Source of the DNA: Candidatus Binatota bacterium
GTDB taxonomy: Bacteria; Desulfobacterota; Binatia; UBA1149; CAITLU01
Assembly: GCA_024276575.1 (NCBI GenBank)
Contig: JAJRWY010000065.1
Coordinates: 15-64,014, forward strand
Reading direction: 5' to 3'
Length of the DNA stretch: 64,000 nucleotides
Numbering within the stretch: the first letter of the stretch is position 1; each line of letters opens with the position of its first letter. A model generated the notes under the pieces. It was not told the origin of the DNA, searched no databases, and was given only the letters and a program-made list of their open reading frames with translations. This document shows, piece by piece, positions 26,964 through 37,838 of the stretch. Both the position numbers and the translations under genes were made by a program.

Positions 26964-28514
26964 TTATTCCCACTCGACTGTAGCCGGCGGTTTCGAGGAT
27001 ACGTCGTAGACCACGCGGTTGACGCCGTGGACCTCGTTGGCGATGCGCGAGGACGCTTTGGCGAGAATCTCCGGCGGGAAGCGGAACCAGTCCGCGGTCA
27101 TGCCGTCTTCACTCACGATTGCCCGCAGCGCGATTACCCGGTCGTAAGTACGGTCGTCACCCTGCACACCGACCGTGTGAATGGGCAGCAGCACCGCAAA
27201 AGCCTGCCAGATATCTTCGTACAGGCCGGCATCACGGATCTCTTCTATGAAGATGGCGTCGGCTTCGCGAAGTATCTCCAGATCGTCGCGCCTGATCGGG
27301 CCGAGTATGCGCACCGCCAGTCCGGGCCCCGGGAAAGGGTGCCTCCACAGCATCGAGTGCGGTATTCCCAGCACCCTGCCTGCCGCCCGCACTTCGTCCT
27401 TGAACAGCTCCCGCAACGGTTCGACGAGGTCGAGTTTCATGTGTTCGGGAAGCCCTCCGACGTTGTGATGGCTCTTGATCGTCGCCGACGGGCCGTTGAC
27501 GGACACCGATTCGATAACGTCGGGGTAGAGCGTGCCTTGGCCCAGGAAGCTAGCCGAGGCTTTGCCTTCACGCGGCGAGTGCGCGGCCTCCTCGAACACT
27601 TCGATGAAAGTCCGCCCGATGATCTTGCGCTTGAGTTCAGGGTCACTCACGCCTTCGAGGGCGTCGAGGAAACGATCGCTTGCATCGACGAAAATCAGCG
27701 CATCGCCGAAACGCTCGCCCAGGAAAGCCCGCACTTCGCCGGCTTCGTTTTTGCGCAACAAGCCGTTGTCTACAAAAACGCAGTCGAGCTGCCCAGGCAC
27801 GGCCTTTTGGATCAGAGCTGCCGTAACCGTCGAATCCACACCGCCGCTGATGCCGCAAACCACCCTGCCCCGGCCGACTTGCTTGCGGATCTTGGCGGTA
27901 GTGGTTTCGATGAAATTTTCCATCGTCCAGTCGGCCTCGAGGCCGCAGACCCGGAACAGAAAATTCTCCAGGATACGCCGGCCTTCCCGCGTGTGTACGA
28001 CTTCGGGGTGGAATTGTACGCCGTAGCGCTTCCTGTCGAGCTTGCGTAGCGCTGCGTAGGGCGAATTGGAACTTGCCGCGATCACCTCCCAGCCCTCGGG
28101 CATCGCTTCGAGCCGGTCGCCGTGGCTCATCCACACCACCGTGCTTTCATCAAGGTCGAAACCGGCCAGCAGATCATCGTTCTCATGCACTACGAGTTCT
28201 GCATGGCCGTACTCGTGGGCAGCCGCTTTCTCCACCACACCGCCGTCGCTTTGAGTTATAATTCCCATGCCGTAGCAGATTCCCAACAAGGGGGTTCCCA
28301 TCTCGAGAATCGCGGGGTCCGGACTCGGTGCGTCCTGGTCGTAAACGCTGGCCGGTCCGCCGGACAATATTATTCCGGCAGGGGCCAACTCCCGCACCTT
28401 GGAGGCGCTGACGTTGTAGGGGTGAATCTCGCAGTACACTTTCGCCTCGCGCACGCGGCGTGCGATGAGTTGTGTGTACTGGCTCCCGAAATCGAGAATC
28501 AGAACTGAGGACAA
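26964..28514 (-). CDS. guaA: GMP synthase (glutamine-hydrolysing)
   Basis: GATase domain (LGICYGM, HPEV) plus PP-loop CGISGGVDST and C-terminal PPATVEWE. TTG start with GGAG upstream; TAA stop. Confidence 0.97.
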   Translation of the reverse strand: MSSVLILDFGSQYTQLIARRVREAKVYCEIHPYNVSASKVRELAPAGIILSGGPASVYDQDAPSPDPAILEMGTPLLGICYGMGIITQSDGGVVEKAAAHEYGHAELVVHENDDLLAGFDLDESTVVWMSHGDRLEAMPEGWEVIAASSNSPYAALRKLDRKRYGVQFHPEVVHTREGRRILENFLFRVCGLEADWTMENFIETTTAKIRKQVGRGRVVCGISGGVDSTVTAALIQKAVPGQLDCVFVDNGLLRKNEAGEVRAFLGERFGDALIFVDASDRFLDALEGVSDPELKRKIIGRTFIEVFEEAAHSPREGKASASFLGQGTLYPDVIESVSVNGPSATIKSHHNVGGLPEHMKLDLVEPLRELFKDEVRAAGRVLGIPHSMLWRHPFPGPGLAVRILGPIRRDDLEILREADAIFIEEIRDAGLYEDIWQAFAVLLPIHTVGVQGDDRTYDRVIALRAIVSEDGMTADWFRFPPEILAKASSRIANEVHGVNRVVYDVSSKPPATVEWE

Positions 28515-28519
28515 ACGCT

Positions 28520-29986
28520 TTACTCCGGACGGTAGTTAGGAGGTTCTTTCATCATTGTTACGTCGTGGACATGGCTTTCTTTCATACCCGCGGGCGAGAT
28601 TCGCATGAACCGCGCTTCGGTGCGTAACTCTTGCAGATCGGAAACTCCCAGATACCCCATTCCGGACTTCAAGCCGCCGACCAGTTGATGAATGGTTGAA
28701 GCCAAGGAGCCCTTGTAGGGGACGCGGCCCTCAATGCCTTCGGGCACCACTTTCAAATCGTCCCTGTCATGCTGGAAGTAGCGGTCCTTGCTCTTGCCCC
28801 CGCGCATGGCCTCCAGCGAACCCATACCACGATAGACTTTGAAACTACGGCCTTGATACAACACCGTCTCTCCGGGGCTCTCCTCGGTTCCGGCCAGCAG
28901 GCTGCCGATCATGACGCTGGCGGCGCCCGCCGCCAGCGCCTTGGTGATGTCTCCGCTGTAGCGGACGCCACCGTCGGCGATTATCGGTATGTCTGAACCG
29001 GCCGCTGCCTCGCAGGCCGAGGTGACTGCGGTGAGTTGAGGCATACCGACTCCGGAAATGATGCGGGTGGTACAGATCGAGCCCACCCCCATACCGACCT
29101 TGATGCCGTCGGCTCCTGCGTCGATTAGCGCCCGAGCGCCGTCGGCAGTGCCGACGTTGCCGCCGACGACTTGCAAGCCGGGATAAGCTTTCTTTATCTC
29201 CCTTACGGTTTCCAGGACGTTTTTCGAATGCCCGTGGGCGGTATCGATGGCGACCACGTCCACTCCCGCTTCGACCAGGGCTGCCGCTCTATCGCCGCGG
29301 TCGGGCCCGACACCGACGGCGGCGCCGACGAGCAAGCGCCCCATGCCGTCCTTCGACGCATCCGGGTATTCGATACTCTTGAGGATGTCCCTGACGGTGA
29401 TCAGGCCCTCGAGTTCCCCGTTATCGTCGACCACCAAAAGCTTCTCGATACGGTGCTTGTGCAGCAAGGCCGTTGCTTCTTCCATGGATATGCCGGCGCG
29501 GGTGGTGATCAGGTTCTCACTGGTCATCAGCTCGGCAATCGGACGGCGCTGGTCGGCCTCGAAGCGCACGTCGCGGTTGGTAAGTATGCCTACCAGGCGA
29601 TGGTTGTCGGTTACCGGTAGCCCGGAGATTCCGTGCTCGCGCATGATCGACAGCGCGGTGGACAGGGGCATATCCGGAGCCACGGTCACCGGATCGGTAA
29701 TCATCCAGCTCTCGCTCTTCTTTACGCGAGCCACCTCGGCGGCCTGAACTTCGATGCCGAGGTTGCGATGGATAAAGCCGAGGCCTCCTTGCTGCGCCAT
29801 GGCGATGGCCAGGCGGGCCTCGGTTACGGTATCCATGGCCGCGCTGGTAAGAGGGATTTTTAGAGTGATTTCCCGGGTAAGCTGGGTGGCGACTGCAGCT
29901 TCGCTGGGCAGTATCGACGATTCTCTAGGAACGAGGAGCACATCGTCGAAAGTAAGCGCTTGGGGAAGATCTTCCAGATGCTCCAT
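28520..29986 (-). CDS. guaB: IMP dehydrogenase
   Basis: [10 protein letters not shown], a CBS pair, catalytic [10 protein letters not shown] and [12 protein letters not shown] start, TAA stop. Confidence 0.97.
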   Translation of the reverse strand: MEHLEDLPQALTFDDVLLVPRESSILPSEAAVATQLTREITLKIPLTSAAMDTVTEARLAIAMAQQGGLGFIHRNLGIEVQAAEVARVKKSESWMITDPVTVAPDMPLSTALSIMREHGISGLPVTDNHRLVGILTNRDVRFEADQRRPIAELMTSENLITTRAGISMEEATALLHKHRIEKLLVVDDNGELEGLITVRDILKSIEYPDASKDGMGRLLVGAAVGVGPDRGDRAAALVEAGVDVVAIDTAHGHSKNVLETVREIKKAYPGLQVVGGNVGTADGARALIDAGADGIKVGMGVGSICTTRIISGVGMPQLTAVTSACEAAAGSDIPIIADGGVRYSGDITKALAAGAASVMIGSLLAGTEESPGETVLYQGRSFKVYRGMGSLEAMRGGKSKDRYFQHDRDDLKVVPEGIEGRVPYKGSLASTIHQLVGGLKSGMGYLGVSDLQELRTEARFMRISPAGMKESHVHDVTMMKEPPNYRPE

Positions 29987-30184
29987 ATTGCTTTATAGGC
30001 GCGGGCTTCCTACTTTTCAACAGACCTTTGTGTGCATTTCGCGGGCTGTGCACGGTTTGTTTGCCGGTCTCGACGCTGGGCGTAGGCCCATCTGGCGATC
30101 TCACTGCCGCTTGTGACTCTCGCGACTGCGCTGCATGGGTAATGCTGCTTAGGCGTGGCGCGGCAGTGGTATGGAGAGCGAAAA

Positions 30185-30388
30185 TTGCAAAGATTGCAAT
30201 GAGCGCCGGTGGCACCGGACGTCGCTGCGATGCAGGTCTTGAACGTGGCGCGGCAAGGACGGCGGGAGCAAGGCTTGCAGAGAACACCGGGGCGGCCGCT
30301 GTGAGAGCAACTAAGATCACGTCGGGATGGATCTTATTAAAGGGCGCGCTCTTGCAGAGAACAGCGGAGCGGTCGTTGTGAGCGCCAC
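30185..30388. repeat. three copies of a TTGCARAGA...TGAG(A/C)GC element: two 38-nt copies and one 23-nt copy with an internal deletion
   Basis: 30185-30207 is the short copy. 30274-30311 and 30351-30388 are 31/38 identical by my alignment. A CGTGGCGCGGCA 12-mer also occurs twice (30154, 30244), and a 7-bp inverted repeat TAAGATC/GATCTTA sits at 30312-30336. Confidence 0.8.
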
Positions 30389-30402
30389 GGAGTAAGGAAG
30401 AT

Positions 30403-30918
30403 ATGATACGAAGCTACCAGGACAGTTCTCCCCAACTTCACGACTCGGTGTGGGTGGCCGCGGATGCCCAAGTCATTGGCGACGTCCGTATCGGCGCATC
30501 TTCGTCGGTATGGTTCCAAAGTGTGCTGCGCGGGGACGTCAATTACGTTCGGATCGGCGAGCGCAGCAATATTCAAGACCATTGCACTATCCACGTGTCG
30601 TCGGGAACCTACCCTACAGTGATCGGCAACGATGTCACTGTCGGGCATCGCGTGGTACTTCACGGTTGCCGTATCGGCGACGGCGCCTTGGTCGGTATTG
30701 CTTCGGTAGTGCTCGACGATGCCGAGATAGAGGAAGGTGCGCTGCTCGGGGCAATGAGCCTGCTCACGCCCGGCAGCCGCGTCCCGGCAGGGAAAGTAGC
30801 CATGGGCCAGCCTGCCCGCGTAATCCGCGACGTGAGCGAGGCCGAACGGCGCTGGATGGCCGAGTCGTCCGCGAATTATGTCAAGTATGCCGCCCGCTAC
30901 GCCCGGCGTCCCGAGTGA
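30403..30918 (+). CDS. gamma-carbonic-anhydrase-like left-handed beta-helix (hexapeptide) protein
   Basis: WVAADAQVIGDVRIG, SVWFQSVLRGD, IGERSNIQD and GHRVVLHGC hexapeptide repeats (YrdA/PaaY family). ATG with AAGGAAG RBS. Its 3' end overlaps the der 3' end by 22 nt. Confidence 0.85.
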   Translation: MIRSYQDSSPQLHDSVWVAADAQVIGDVRIGASSSVWFQSVLRGDVNYVRIGERSNIQDHCTIHVSSGTYPTVIGNDVTVGHRVVLHGCRIGDGALVGIASVVLDDAEIEEGALLGAMSLLTPGSRVPAGKVAMGQPARVIRDVSEAERRWMAESSANYVKYAARYARRPE

Positions 30919-32411
30919 GAGTCGCGCCGCACGAACTTGAGCCGCAGTGGGGTGCTTTCGAAGTCTACTTCCTCCCTGATGCAGCGCTCGATGAAACGGC
31001 GATATGAGGTCGGCACGTCCCGGCGGTTTACGTACAAGGTCAAGGTTGGCGGGCGCAGCGAGCTTTGAGTCGCATAAAGGATCTTCAAGCGTCCGCTTCC
31101 CAGCACCGGGGGTTCGCGCCGCTGCACCGCGGCAGCGATGATCCTGTTGAGGGCAACGGTGCCGATCTCGCGGTTATGGGCGGCGTGGGCTCTGTCGACC
31201 GCCTTGAAACACTCATCGATACCGTGTGCACGGCTGACCGAGATAAAAGCGAGATGGGCGTTGCCCAAAGTCGGATAGCGCCGCCGTATCTCTTCTTCGA
31301 TAGCGCGAAAAGGTGGACGGCGGCCCAGTAAATCGATCTTGTTCATGGCGATGACCAAGGCCCGGCCTTCACTCCAGGCACGGCGGGCGATTCTCGCATC
31401 CTGGTCGGTCAGTCCTTCTTCGGCTTCGATCAACAGTAGCACCACGTCGGCGCGCTCCAGCGCCTCCATGCTGCGGCCTACGCTGATTCGCTCCACTCCC
31501 CTTTCCACGCGCGAGGGCCGCCGCATCCCCGCGGTATCCACGATTAGGTAGCGGCGGCTGCCTCGCCGCAGCAACGTATCGACCGCATCGCGGGTGGTGC
31601 CCGGGTTTTCGTCGACCAAAGAAAGCTCGGAACCCGCCAGCAAGTTCAGCAACGAGGACTTGCCGACATTGGGCCTGCCCACCAAGGCTACGCGACAGGG
31701 CCGCGGGCCGCTGCCGTAAGCGCCGTAAGCGGTGGTGCCTTGCGAGACGATCGGGCCGGTAGACGAAGCGCTGCCCGTGCTAGCGTCTTGCGCCGTTCCG
31801 GCGCCTTCGCTGTCTAAGCCGACGGAGGTGTCGCTTGCCACTTCGGACTCGGCGTCTTCGTTGCCGTCGCTTGAAGCCCGGTCTTCGGCGTCTTGAAGCA
31901 ACTGCGAGACCGCCATCTTGAGTTCGGTGATGCCGATTCCATGCTCGGCGGAGACCCCGAGCGGCGGGTCGATGCCGAGTTCACAAAATTCGGAAAGGCT
32001 ATCGTGTTGCGCGCTGCCGTCGGCTTTGTTGGCAACGAAAACCGCGGGTTTGCCGCTGGCCATGACGAGTTCCACGGTCTCGCGATCCAAGGGATTCAGT
32101 CCGGAGCGCGCGTCGAGCAACACTATCAGTAAGTCGGAGGCCGAGATCACCTTCAAGGTATGCTCATGGACTTGCGAAGCCAGCACGATGTCGGACTCAC
32201 CACCGAGGCCGCCGGTATCGACCAAACGCACTTGCCGTCCGTCCCAGTCCACGGTTTCGCCAACCGCGTCGCGGGTCACTCCCGGCACGTCCAGGGTGAT
32301 CGCGCGCCGCCGCCGCAGCAGGCGGTTGAACAACGTCGACTTGCCGACGTTGGGACGGCCTACGATAGCTACACGCGGTAGTTGGGAGGTTTCCATCAGT
32401 GTTTTACTCAA
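30897..32411 (-). CDS. der: ribosome-associated GTPase Der (EngA)
   Basis: Two G domains (GRPNVGKST/S twice, DTGG/DTAG, NKAD/NKID) plus a KH-like C-terminus. Start is either TTG 32411 (TTGA overlap with the era stop) or ATG 32396. Confidence 0.93.
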   Translation of the reverse strand: MSKTLMETSQLPRVAIVGRPNVGKSTLFNRLLRRRRAITLDVPGVTRDAVGETVDWDGRQVRLVDTGGLGGESDIVLASQVHEHTLKVISASDLLIVLLDARSGLNPLDRETVELVMASGKPAVFVANKADGSAQHDSLSEFCELGIDPPLGVSAEHGIGITELKMAVSQLLQDAEDRASSDGNEDAESEVASDTSVGLDSEGAGTAQDASTGSASSTGPIVSQGTTAYGAYGSGPRPCRVALVGRPNVGKSSLLNLLAGSELSLVDENPGTTRDAVDTLLRRGSRRYLIVDTAGMRRPSRVERGVERISVGRSMEALERADVVLLLIEAEEGLTDQDARIARRAWSEGRALVIAMNKIDLLGRRPPFRAIEEEIRRRYPTLGNAHLAFISVSRAHGIDECFKAVDRAHAAHNREIGTVALNRIIAAAVQRREPPVLGSGRLKILYATQSSLRPPTLTLYVNRRDVPTSYRRFIERCIREEVDFESTPLRLKFVRRDSHSGRRA

Positions 32412-33298
32412 ATTCCGAGTTCTTCGAGGAAACGCGGGTCTTGCTGCCAGCGAGGCTTGACCTTTACGTGCAGGTCCAGATAGACGTGCCGCTCGAGTAG
32501 TTCTTGGATGCGGCGCCGGGCTTTGGTCCCGACTTCTTTTATGCGTGCGCCGCCTTTGCCGATGATCATTCTCTTGGATGAATCCGAATCCGTGTAGACG
32601 GTGGCAGCAATGTAAATGCGCTTACCCTCGTCTTTGAACTCCTCCACGAGCACCGCCACGCGGTAGGGCAACTCCTCATCGAGTTGCAGGAACAGTTGTT
32701 CCCTGACCAGCTCGGCGGCTAGAAAGCGCTCGTTCCGGTCGGTCAGCTCGTCTTCGCCGTATAGCCGCGGTCCTTGCGGAACACGCGAGCATAGGGCGTG
32801 AAGAACGGTATCGAGATTGTCGCCACTGCGTGCGCTCAGGGGGATGATCTCGCTGTCTGCGGCAAGGGGCCTCAGAGAGTCGATCAAGGGGAGCAGATCG
32901 GCAGGGCTCACTAAGTCAGTCTTGTTTAGTAAAAGCAGAGTGTTAGATCCAACTAGATGAGGTATTTCTTTATAATCGGCCGAACGCATGCCGCGGGCGG
33001 CGTCAATGATCCAGCAAATGACGTCGGCTTCGCGAATACTGGACTTGGCATGCTTGACCATGCGCTGGTTAATGAGCCCCCGGGTCTCATGTATGCCCGG
33101 AGTGTCGATGAACACCAACTGAGCGGCGTCGCAAGTGTAAATGCCCACTACCCGGTTGCGGGTGGTTTGGGGCTTGGGGGTCGAGATGCTCAAGCGGCGT
33201 CCGAGTATGCGGTTGAGTAAGGTCGATTTGCCGACGTTGGGCGCACCAGCCAGCGCTACGAAACCGGCCCGCCCGCTGCTTTCCTCGCGATCAGTCAT
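32408..33298 (-). CDS. era: GTPase Era
   Basis: GAPNVGKSTL, DTPG, NKTD and a C-terminal KH domain. ATG start overlaps the rnc stop by 8 nt. Confidence 0.95.
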   Translation of the reverse strand: MTDREESSGRAGFVALAGAPNVGKSTLLNRILGRRLSISTPKPQTTRNRVVGIYTCDAAQLVFIDTPGIHETRGLINQRMVKHAKSSIREADVICWIIDAARGMRSADYKEIPHLVGSNTLLLLNKTDLVSPADLLPLIDSLRPLAADSEIIPLSARSGDNLDTVLHALCSRVPQGPRLYGEDELTDRNERFLAAELVREQLFLQLDEELPYRVAVLVEEFKDEGKRIYIAATVYTDSDSSKRMIIGKGGARIKEVGTKARRRIQELLERHVYLDLHVKVKPRWQQDPRFLEELGI

Positions 33299-34022
33299 CG
33301 TTGCGTTTCCTCAACAAGACGGCAGCAGTTCTTGCTGCGGCTTGCTCAGCGATCTTGCGGCTGCTTCCGGAGCCTCGCGAGATCACTTCGCCTTTGAGCA
33401 GCAACTCGACCTCATAGAAGCGCTCGTGGTCGGGGCCTGAAACCGAAGCGATGGTGTAGGTCGGCGCCGCATGGAAGCGTTTTTGAGTGAACTCCTGTAA
33501 GTCGGTCTTGTGATCGACACCCGCGGCTTTCACGCTGCGAATCAGGTGGGCGAAGTGCCGCTGTACGACCGCACGCGCTTCGTTGTAACCACCGTCGAGG
33601 AATACCGCGCCGAGTATGGCTTCGTAGGTATCGGCCAAGATGTTGGGTTTTCTCCTGCCGCCGCTCTTGTCTTCGCCCTTGCCGAGCCGCAACCACTTGC
33701 CGATACGCAAGGTGTCGGCGACCAAGGCCACCCCCTCCGCGCTGACAAGCGTAGCACGCATCCGTGTCAAGTCTCCTTCGCTGGCCTCCGGATGCGAGCG
33801 CATGATCAGTTCTCCCACTGCCAGATCCAGCACTGCATCACCCAGAAACTCCAGCGTCTGATTGCTTTCAAGCCCTTGCTCTGCCGCCGCGGAGCTGTGC
33901 ACGAGCGCGCTCTCCAGGATCTTCCGGTCCTTGAACACATAGCCGAGCGTGGCTTCCAGGCGTCCGAGATCCCAGGATCGGCTAGGCGGTGCTACGGGGC
34001 TGTCGAGCGTCTCTGTACTCAC
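33291..34022 (-). CDS. rnc: ribonuclease III
   Basis: RNase III signature NQTLEFLGDAVL and a C-terminal dsRBD. Start is GTG 34022, forming a GTGA overlap with the mtaB stop. The longer track start would overlap mtaB by 91 nt. Confidence 0.92.
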   Translation of the reverse strand: MSTETLDSPVAPPSRSWDLGRLEATLGYVFKDRKILESALVHSSAAAEQGLESNQTLEFLGDAVLDLAVGELIMRSHPEASEGDLTRMRATLVSAEGVALVADTLRIGKWLRLGKGEDKSGGRRKPNILADTYEAILGAVFLDGGYNEARAVVQRHFAHLIRSVKAAGVDHKTDLQEFTQKRFHAAPTYTIASVSGPDHERFYEVELLLKGEVISRGSGSSRKIAEQAAARTAAVLLRKRNDD

Positions 34023-35311
34023 GCCAACACACCCTCCAAGCGCTTTCCGTACCGTCCGGCGATCTTCACCCGTGTGAGCCGTCCGGCCATTTCCGGCCCG
34101 GCAACGCAACTCAGGGGTAGGTAGTTGCCCGAGTATCCACGCAAGCGGCCAGGCTCGTCGTCGCGCTCGCCTTCCAGCAAGACATCGACGCTGCGGCCGA
34201 TGAAGCCGTCCTGGTAGCTGCGCCGCAGCCGACGGTCGAGGGCGCGTAGTTCACGCGCCCGGCGATGGACCAATCCTTCCTCGAGCGCCGGCCAGCGTTT
34301 GGCCGCAGATGTTGAGCTACGTATGGAGTACGGGAATACATGCAGATAGCTCAAGTTCAGCTCTTCAATCGCCGCCAAGCCTTCGTTGAACTCACTTTCG
34401 GTTTCACCGGGGAAGCCGCTTATGATGTCGGTGCCCAGGCACACGCCGGGCATCGCGCTACGCAGGCGCTCGAGCGCCGCCGCCGCTTGCTCCACACTGT
34501 ACTTGCGCCCCATGCGGCTGAGAACGCCGTCGCTGAGCGATTGCAGGGGAACGTGGAAATGACGGCAGAAGACCGGGGAAGAGCGGACTATGTCGATGAG
34601 TCTTGGCGTCAGTTCGGGTGGATCGATCGAGGAGATCCTTACGCGTAGTTGCGGCTGATTCTCAGCGATGCATTCGAGCAGGCCTGCCAGATCCATTGCG
34701 GGGTCGAGGTCATGGCCGTAGCCGCCTAAGTGCACGCCGGTCAGAACCACTTCGCCGTAACCGCGGGCCTGCAAGCGCGTGATCTCTTCAAGGACCAGCC
34801 GGGGAGGCACGCTGCGGCTGGGACCGCGTGCCACCGGCACCACGCAGAAGGTGCAGAACAAGTTACAGCCTTCCTGAACTTTGACGAAGGCGCGACTGCG
34901 GCCGGCGAAACTGTCGATGCCCAAGGTTTCAACCTGTGAACTCTTGCGCAGGTCAGATACCGAGACTTTCCGTTCCAGCTCACCCGCTACTGCCTCGAGC
35001 AAATCGTCGAGACGCCCAAGGCCGACGACATAATCGACGTAGCCGAGCTTCTCGATCATCGCCGGGCTGACTTGGGCGTAGCAGCCGGTCATGATCACCC
35101 GCGCCGCCGGATTGAGCCGGCGCGCTTTTCGCGCCAGGCGCCGCGCATCACTGTCGGCTCTATCGGTGACCGTGCAACTGTTAACCACGTAGGCGTCAGC
35201 TTCGCCGTCGAACGGTACTAGGCTCCAGTTGTGTGCGGCGAAACGGTTCTGCATTACCGCCGAGTCGTACTGATTGACCTTGCAACCCAGAGTGGCAATG
35301 GCAACGCGCAT
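34019..35311 (-). CDS. mtaB: radical-SAM methylthiotransferase, MtaB-like
   Basis: UPF0004 N-domain ATLGCKVNQYDS, radical SAM cluster motif CNLFCTFCVVP and a TRAM-like C-terminus. I prefer ATG 35311. The track start 35566 adds 85 low-complexity residues. Confidence 0.8.
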   Translation of the reverse strand: MRVAIATLGCKVNQYDSAVMQNRFAAHNWSLVPFDGEADAYVVNSCTVTDRADSDARRLARKARRLNPAARVIMTGCYAQVSPAMIEKLGYVDYVVGLGRLDDLLEAVAGELERKVSVSDLRKSSQVETLGIDSFAGRSRAFVKVQEGCNLFCTFCVVPVARGPSRSVPPRLVLEEITRLQARGYGEVVLTGVHLGGYGHDLDPAMDLAGLLECIAENQPQLRVRISSIDPPELTPRLIDIVRSSPVFCRHFHVPLQSLSDGVLSRMGRKYSVEQAAAALERLRSAMPGVCLGTDIISGFPGETESEFNEGLAAIEELNLSYLHVFPYSIRSSTSAAKRWPALEEGLVHRRARELRALDRRLRRSYQDGFIGRSVDVLLEGERDDEPGRLRGYSGNYLPLSCVAGPEMAGRLTRVKIAGRYGKRLEGVLA

Positions 35312-35556
35312 TGGCCGGGTCTCCGGCAACGCAGGAGTCTGGTCTCGCACTAGCGGCTCCACTACGGGTTTCAACACCTCTTCCGATGCCGGCTCGCAGC
35401 CTTGCGCTACGTCTCCCGTGAACTGCGATACGGGGTTGCCGGCCAGTGACTGTGTCGCGGAGCTGCAGTGCTGCGCCGAATGCTCGTGGATTAGAGCCGA
35501 GGACCCGTAACCCGGTGCCGCAGCATCGTAGGCGGCAGGCTGCCCAGTGCCTGTAG

Positions 35557-36681
35557 CTAAGCGCACGCTCGTTCCCTGGCCTGGAGCCGGCCAAGCCCCG
35601 AGACGATCCAGCCGCCGCCTAGTAACTCGTCACCCTGGTAAAAAACCGCCGCTTGTCCCGGTGCAACCGCGTCCTGGGCGTCGTCGAAGCCGATTACGGC
35701 ACGTGCGCCTTCGCACGACAGCAAGCGAGCCGCTGCCGCTCTGTGGCGATAGCGGATCTGTACCTCGATCCGCGTTCCGGCCGGCGGAGCCTGGCCGCTG
35801 GTCCAGGAAAGCTGCTTAGCGACCAATCCTTCGCTTCGCAGCTCCTCCTTGCTTCCGACCACCACGCGGGCCCGGCTGCCATCGACGGCAGTTACATAAA
35901 GCGGCTGCGGCGACGAAATGCCAAGGCCACGGCGCTGTCCAACGGTAAAGCGCTGTACACCGGCGTGCCTGCCGAGCACATGGCCTTGCCGGTCCACGAT
36001 ATCTCCTTCCCGAACACGGCCGGCTGCCACTTTCTCGACGAAGTCCGCGTAGCGGCCGTTGGGTACGAAGCATATCTCCTGGCTTTCAGCTTTCTCCGCA
36101 GTGTAGAGGCCAAGTTGGGCAGCTTTGGCACGCACCGAGTCCTTTCCCATCGCGCCGACCGGGAACAGGGTCTTTGCCAACTCCCGCTGGCCCATCTCGA
36201 AGAGGAAGTACGATTGGTCCTTATTGCGGTCAGTTCCGCGCAAGAGGCGGTAGCGGCCGTCCTCGAACACACGGCGGGCGTAGTGGCCCGTAGCCACCAA
36301 GGCGGCGCCGAGTTCGGCTGCTTTGCGATGCAGCAGGGCAAACTTGATCTCTCTATTGCACAGGATGCAGGGGCTGGGAGTGAGTCCGGTGAGATAGTCT
36401 TCGACGAAAGGCTCGACCACAGCGGCAGCGAATTCCTCACGCATGTCAAATACGTAGTGAGGGATCGAAAGCTTGGCGGCGACGCGCGCTGCATCTTTGA
36501 AATCTTCGACACTACAGCAGCCCCCTTGTGCAACGCCGCTTTTCTCTTGTGCGGCTAGGCGTAAAGAGATGCCGATAACCTCGGCGCCTTGCTCGCACAG
36601 TAGCGCAGCCGCCAGCGAACTGTCGACGCCGCCGCTCATGGCGACCACGACGCGCTGTCCGGGTTGGAAGTCCTTGCTCAC
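35557..36681 (-). CDS. mnmA: tRNA-specific 2-thiouridylase
   Basis: PP-loop [16 protein letters not shown] and GHYAR blocks. GTG start forms a GTGA overlap with the upstream desulfurase stop. Confidence 0.95.
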   Translation of the reverse strand: MSKDFQPGQRVVVAMSGGVDSSLAAALLCEQGAEVIGISLRLAAQEKSGVAQGGCCSVEDFKDAARVAAKLSIPHYVFDMREEFAAAVVEPFVEDYLTGLTPSPCILCNREIKFALLHRKAAELGAALVATGHYARRVFEDGRYRLLRGTDRNKDQSYFLFEMGQRELAKTLFPVGAMGKDSVRAKAAQLGLYTAEKAESQEICFVPNGRYADFVEKVAAGRVREGDIVDRQGHVLGRHAGVQRFTVGQRRGLGISSPQPLYVTAVDGSRARVVVGSKEELRSEGLVAKQLSWTSGQAPPAGTRIEVQIRYRHRAAAARLLSCEGARAVIGFDDAQDAVAPGQAAVFYQGDELLGGGWIVSGLGRLQARERACA

Positions 36682-37826
36682 GCGGCCTCCCGGGCACGCC
36701 CGACGACTTTTACGAAGGCCTCGGCCAACTCCTCGACGTCCGCACTTTTGGTGTCGTGGCCCATGCTGATTCTGACCACCCCGTTACGGTAACGAGGCGG
36801 CACTGCGAGTCCTTGGATAACGTGAGAAGGTTCCGGTGAGGCGGCCGCACAGGCCGAACCGCTCGATACCGCGAAGCCGGCCAGGTCGAGTCCGGCGATC
36901 AAGGTTTCCGATTTCAACTGCGGAACCGAGACCGTAAGGATGTTGGGCAACCCGTCACTGGGGCTGATTCGGAACACACCGCTGAGCGCCTCTTGCAGGC
37001 GGTTCCAGAGTTCTTCGCGAAGCGCTCGAAGACGGCGCTCTTCGTTGCGTAGTTCCACAGCTATACAGCGCGCTGCTTCGCCCATGCCCGCTATTCCGGC
37101 CAGATTTTGTGTTCCCGGACGCAGCCCTTCTTCTTGCGGCCCTCCGTACATGATCGGGAGGATCTCGGCCTCGGCCCTTTCTCCGAGCAGCAGGGCCCCG
37201 ACCCCGCAAGGGCCACCACACTTGTGCGTGGACAAGGACATGACATCGATGATGTTCTCATCGAAGCGCGTGGGGATCCTGCCCACCGCTTGCGCGGCGT
37301 CAACGTGCAACAGTACGTATTTACTGAGCGCTTGCTTGATGCGGCCGAGCGCCGGGCAATGCCCGCTTTCTCCGTTGGCCGAGGCGATCGACATCAAGCC
37401 GCTACCGCTGCCGGCTAGGCGGTGGAGCTGGTTGAAATCAAGTGAGCCGTCGGGGCCGACCTTCAGGCGTTGGGTCTCGGCGCCGCGGATTCTTGCGGCA
37501 TCTGCGGCGGCGAGAATGGAGATGTGCTCGACTTCCGTGGTGATTATTCGCGCGGGTATGCCCGCGATCAGCCGCCGGGCGCAGTAGCCGCCAATGGCCA
37601 AGTTGTTCGATTCCGTAGCGCCCGAGGTGAACAAGACCTGCTTGGCACGGCAACCCAGTAGCGCCGCTACGCTGTGGCGCGCCTCGTCGATCACGGCATG
37701 CGCGCGCCGGCCCCACGCATGCATGCTCGAGGGGTTTCCCAGGGGCTCCTCCAGAGCCGAGCGCATTGCTTCAACCACTTCCGGACGCACCGGCGCGGTA
37801 GCGTTATAATCGAAGTACTTACTCAC
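36678..37826 (-). CDS. class V cysteine desulfurase (NifS/YrvO-like), likely sulfur donor for MnmA
   Basis: [11 protein letters not shown]-lysine region [12 protein letters not shown] and active-site SSGSACAA. The gene is coupled to mnmA, as in the Bacillus yrvO-mnmA pair. Confidence 0.9.
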   Translation of the reverse strand: MSKYFDYNATAPVRPEVVEAMRSALEEPLGNPSSMHAWGRRAHAVIDEARHSVAALLGCRAKQVLFTSGATESNNLAIGGYCARRLIAGIPARIITTEVEHISILAAADAARIRGAETQRLKVGPDGSLDFNQLHRLAGSGSGLMSIASANGESGHCPALGRIKQALSKYVLLHVDAAQAVGRIPTRFDENIIDVMSLSTHKCGGPCGVGALLLGERAEAEILPIMYGGPQEEGLRPGTQNLAGIAGMGEAARCIAVELRNEERRLRALREELWNRLQEALSGVFRISPSDGLPNILTVSVPQLKSETLIAGLDLAGFAVSSGSACAAASPEPSHVIQGLAVPPRYRNGVVRISMGHDTKSADVEELAEAFVKVVGRAREAA

Positions 37827-37838
37827 CGCCGTCTCCGT

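Noticed and set aside
30212-30231. TGGCAC-containing sigma54-like site (TGGCACCGGACGTCGCTGCG) upstream of the gamma-CA-like gene
   Set aside because: The -12 GC is displaced by one nucleotide relative to the invariant GG, and TTGC is absent.
31698-31895. Long (~65 aa) acidic/Ser-rich linker between the two G domains of Der
   Set aside because: Der linkers are naturally variable and acidic. No repeat or extra domain was evident, so it is not worth a separate finding.
35312-35556. 245-nt gap or 85-aa N-terminal extension upstream of mtaB, considered as a possible structured RNA or extra domain
   Set aside because: The translated extension is low-complexity, and I found no conserved RNA motif or strong hairpin. 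It remains unresolved rather than positive.
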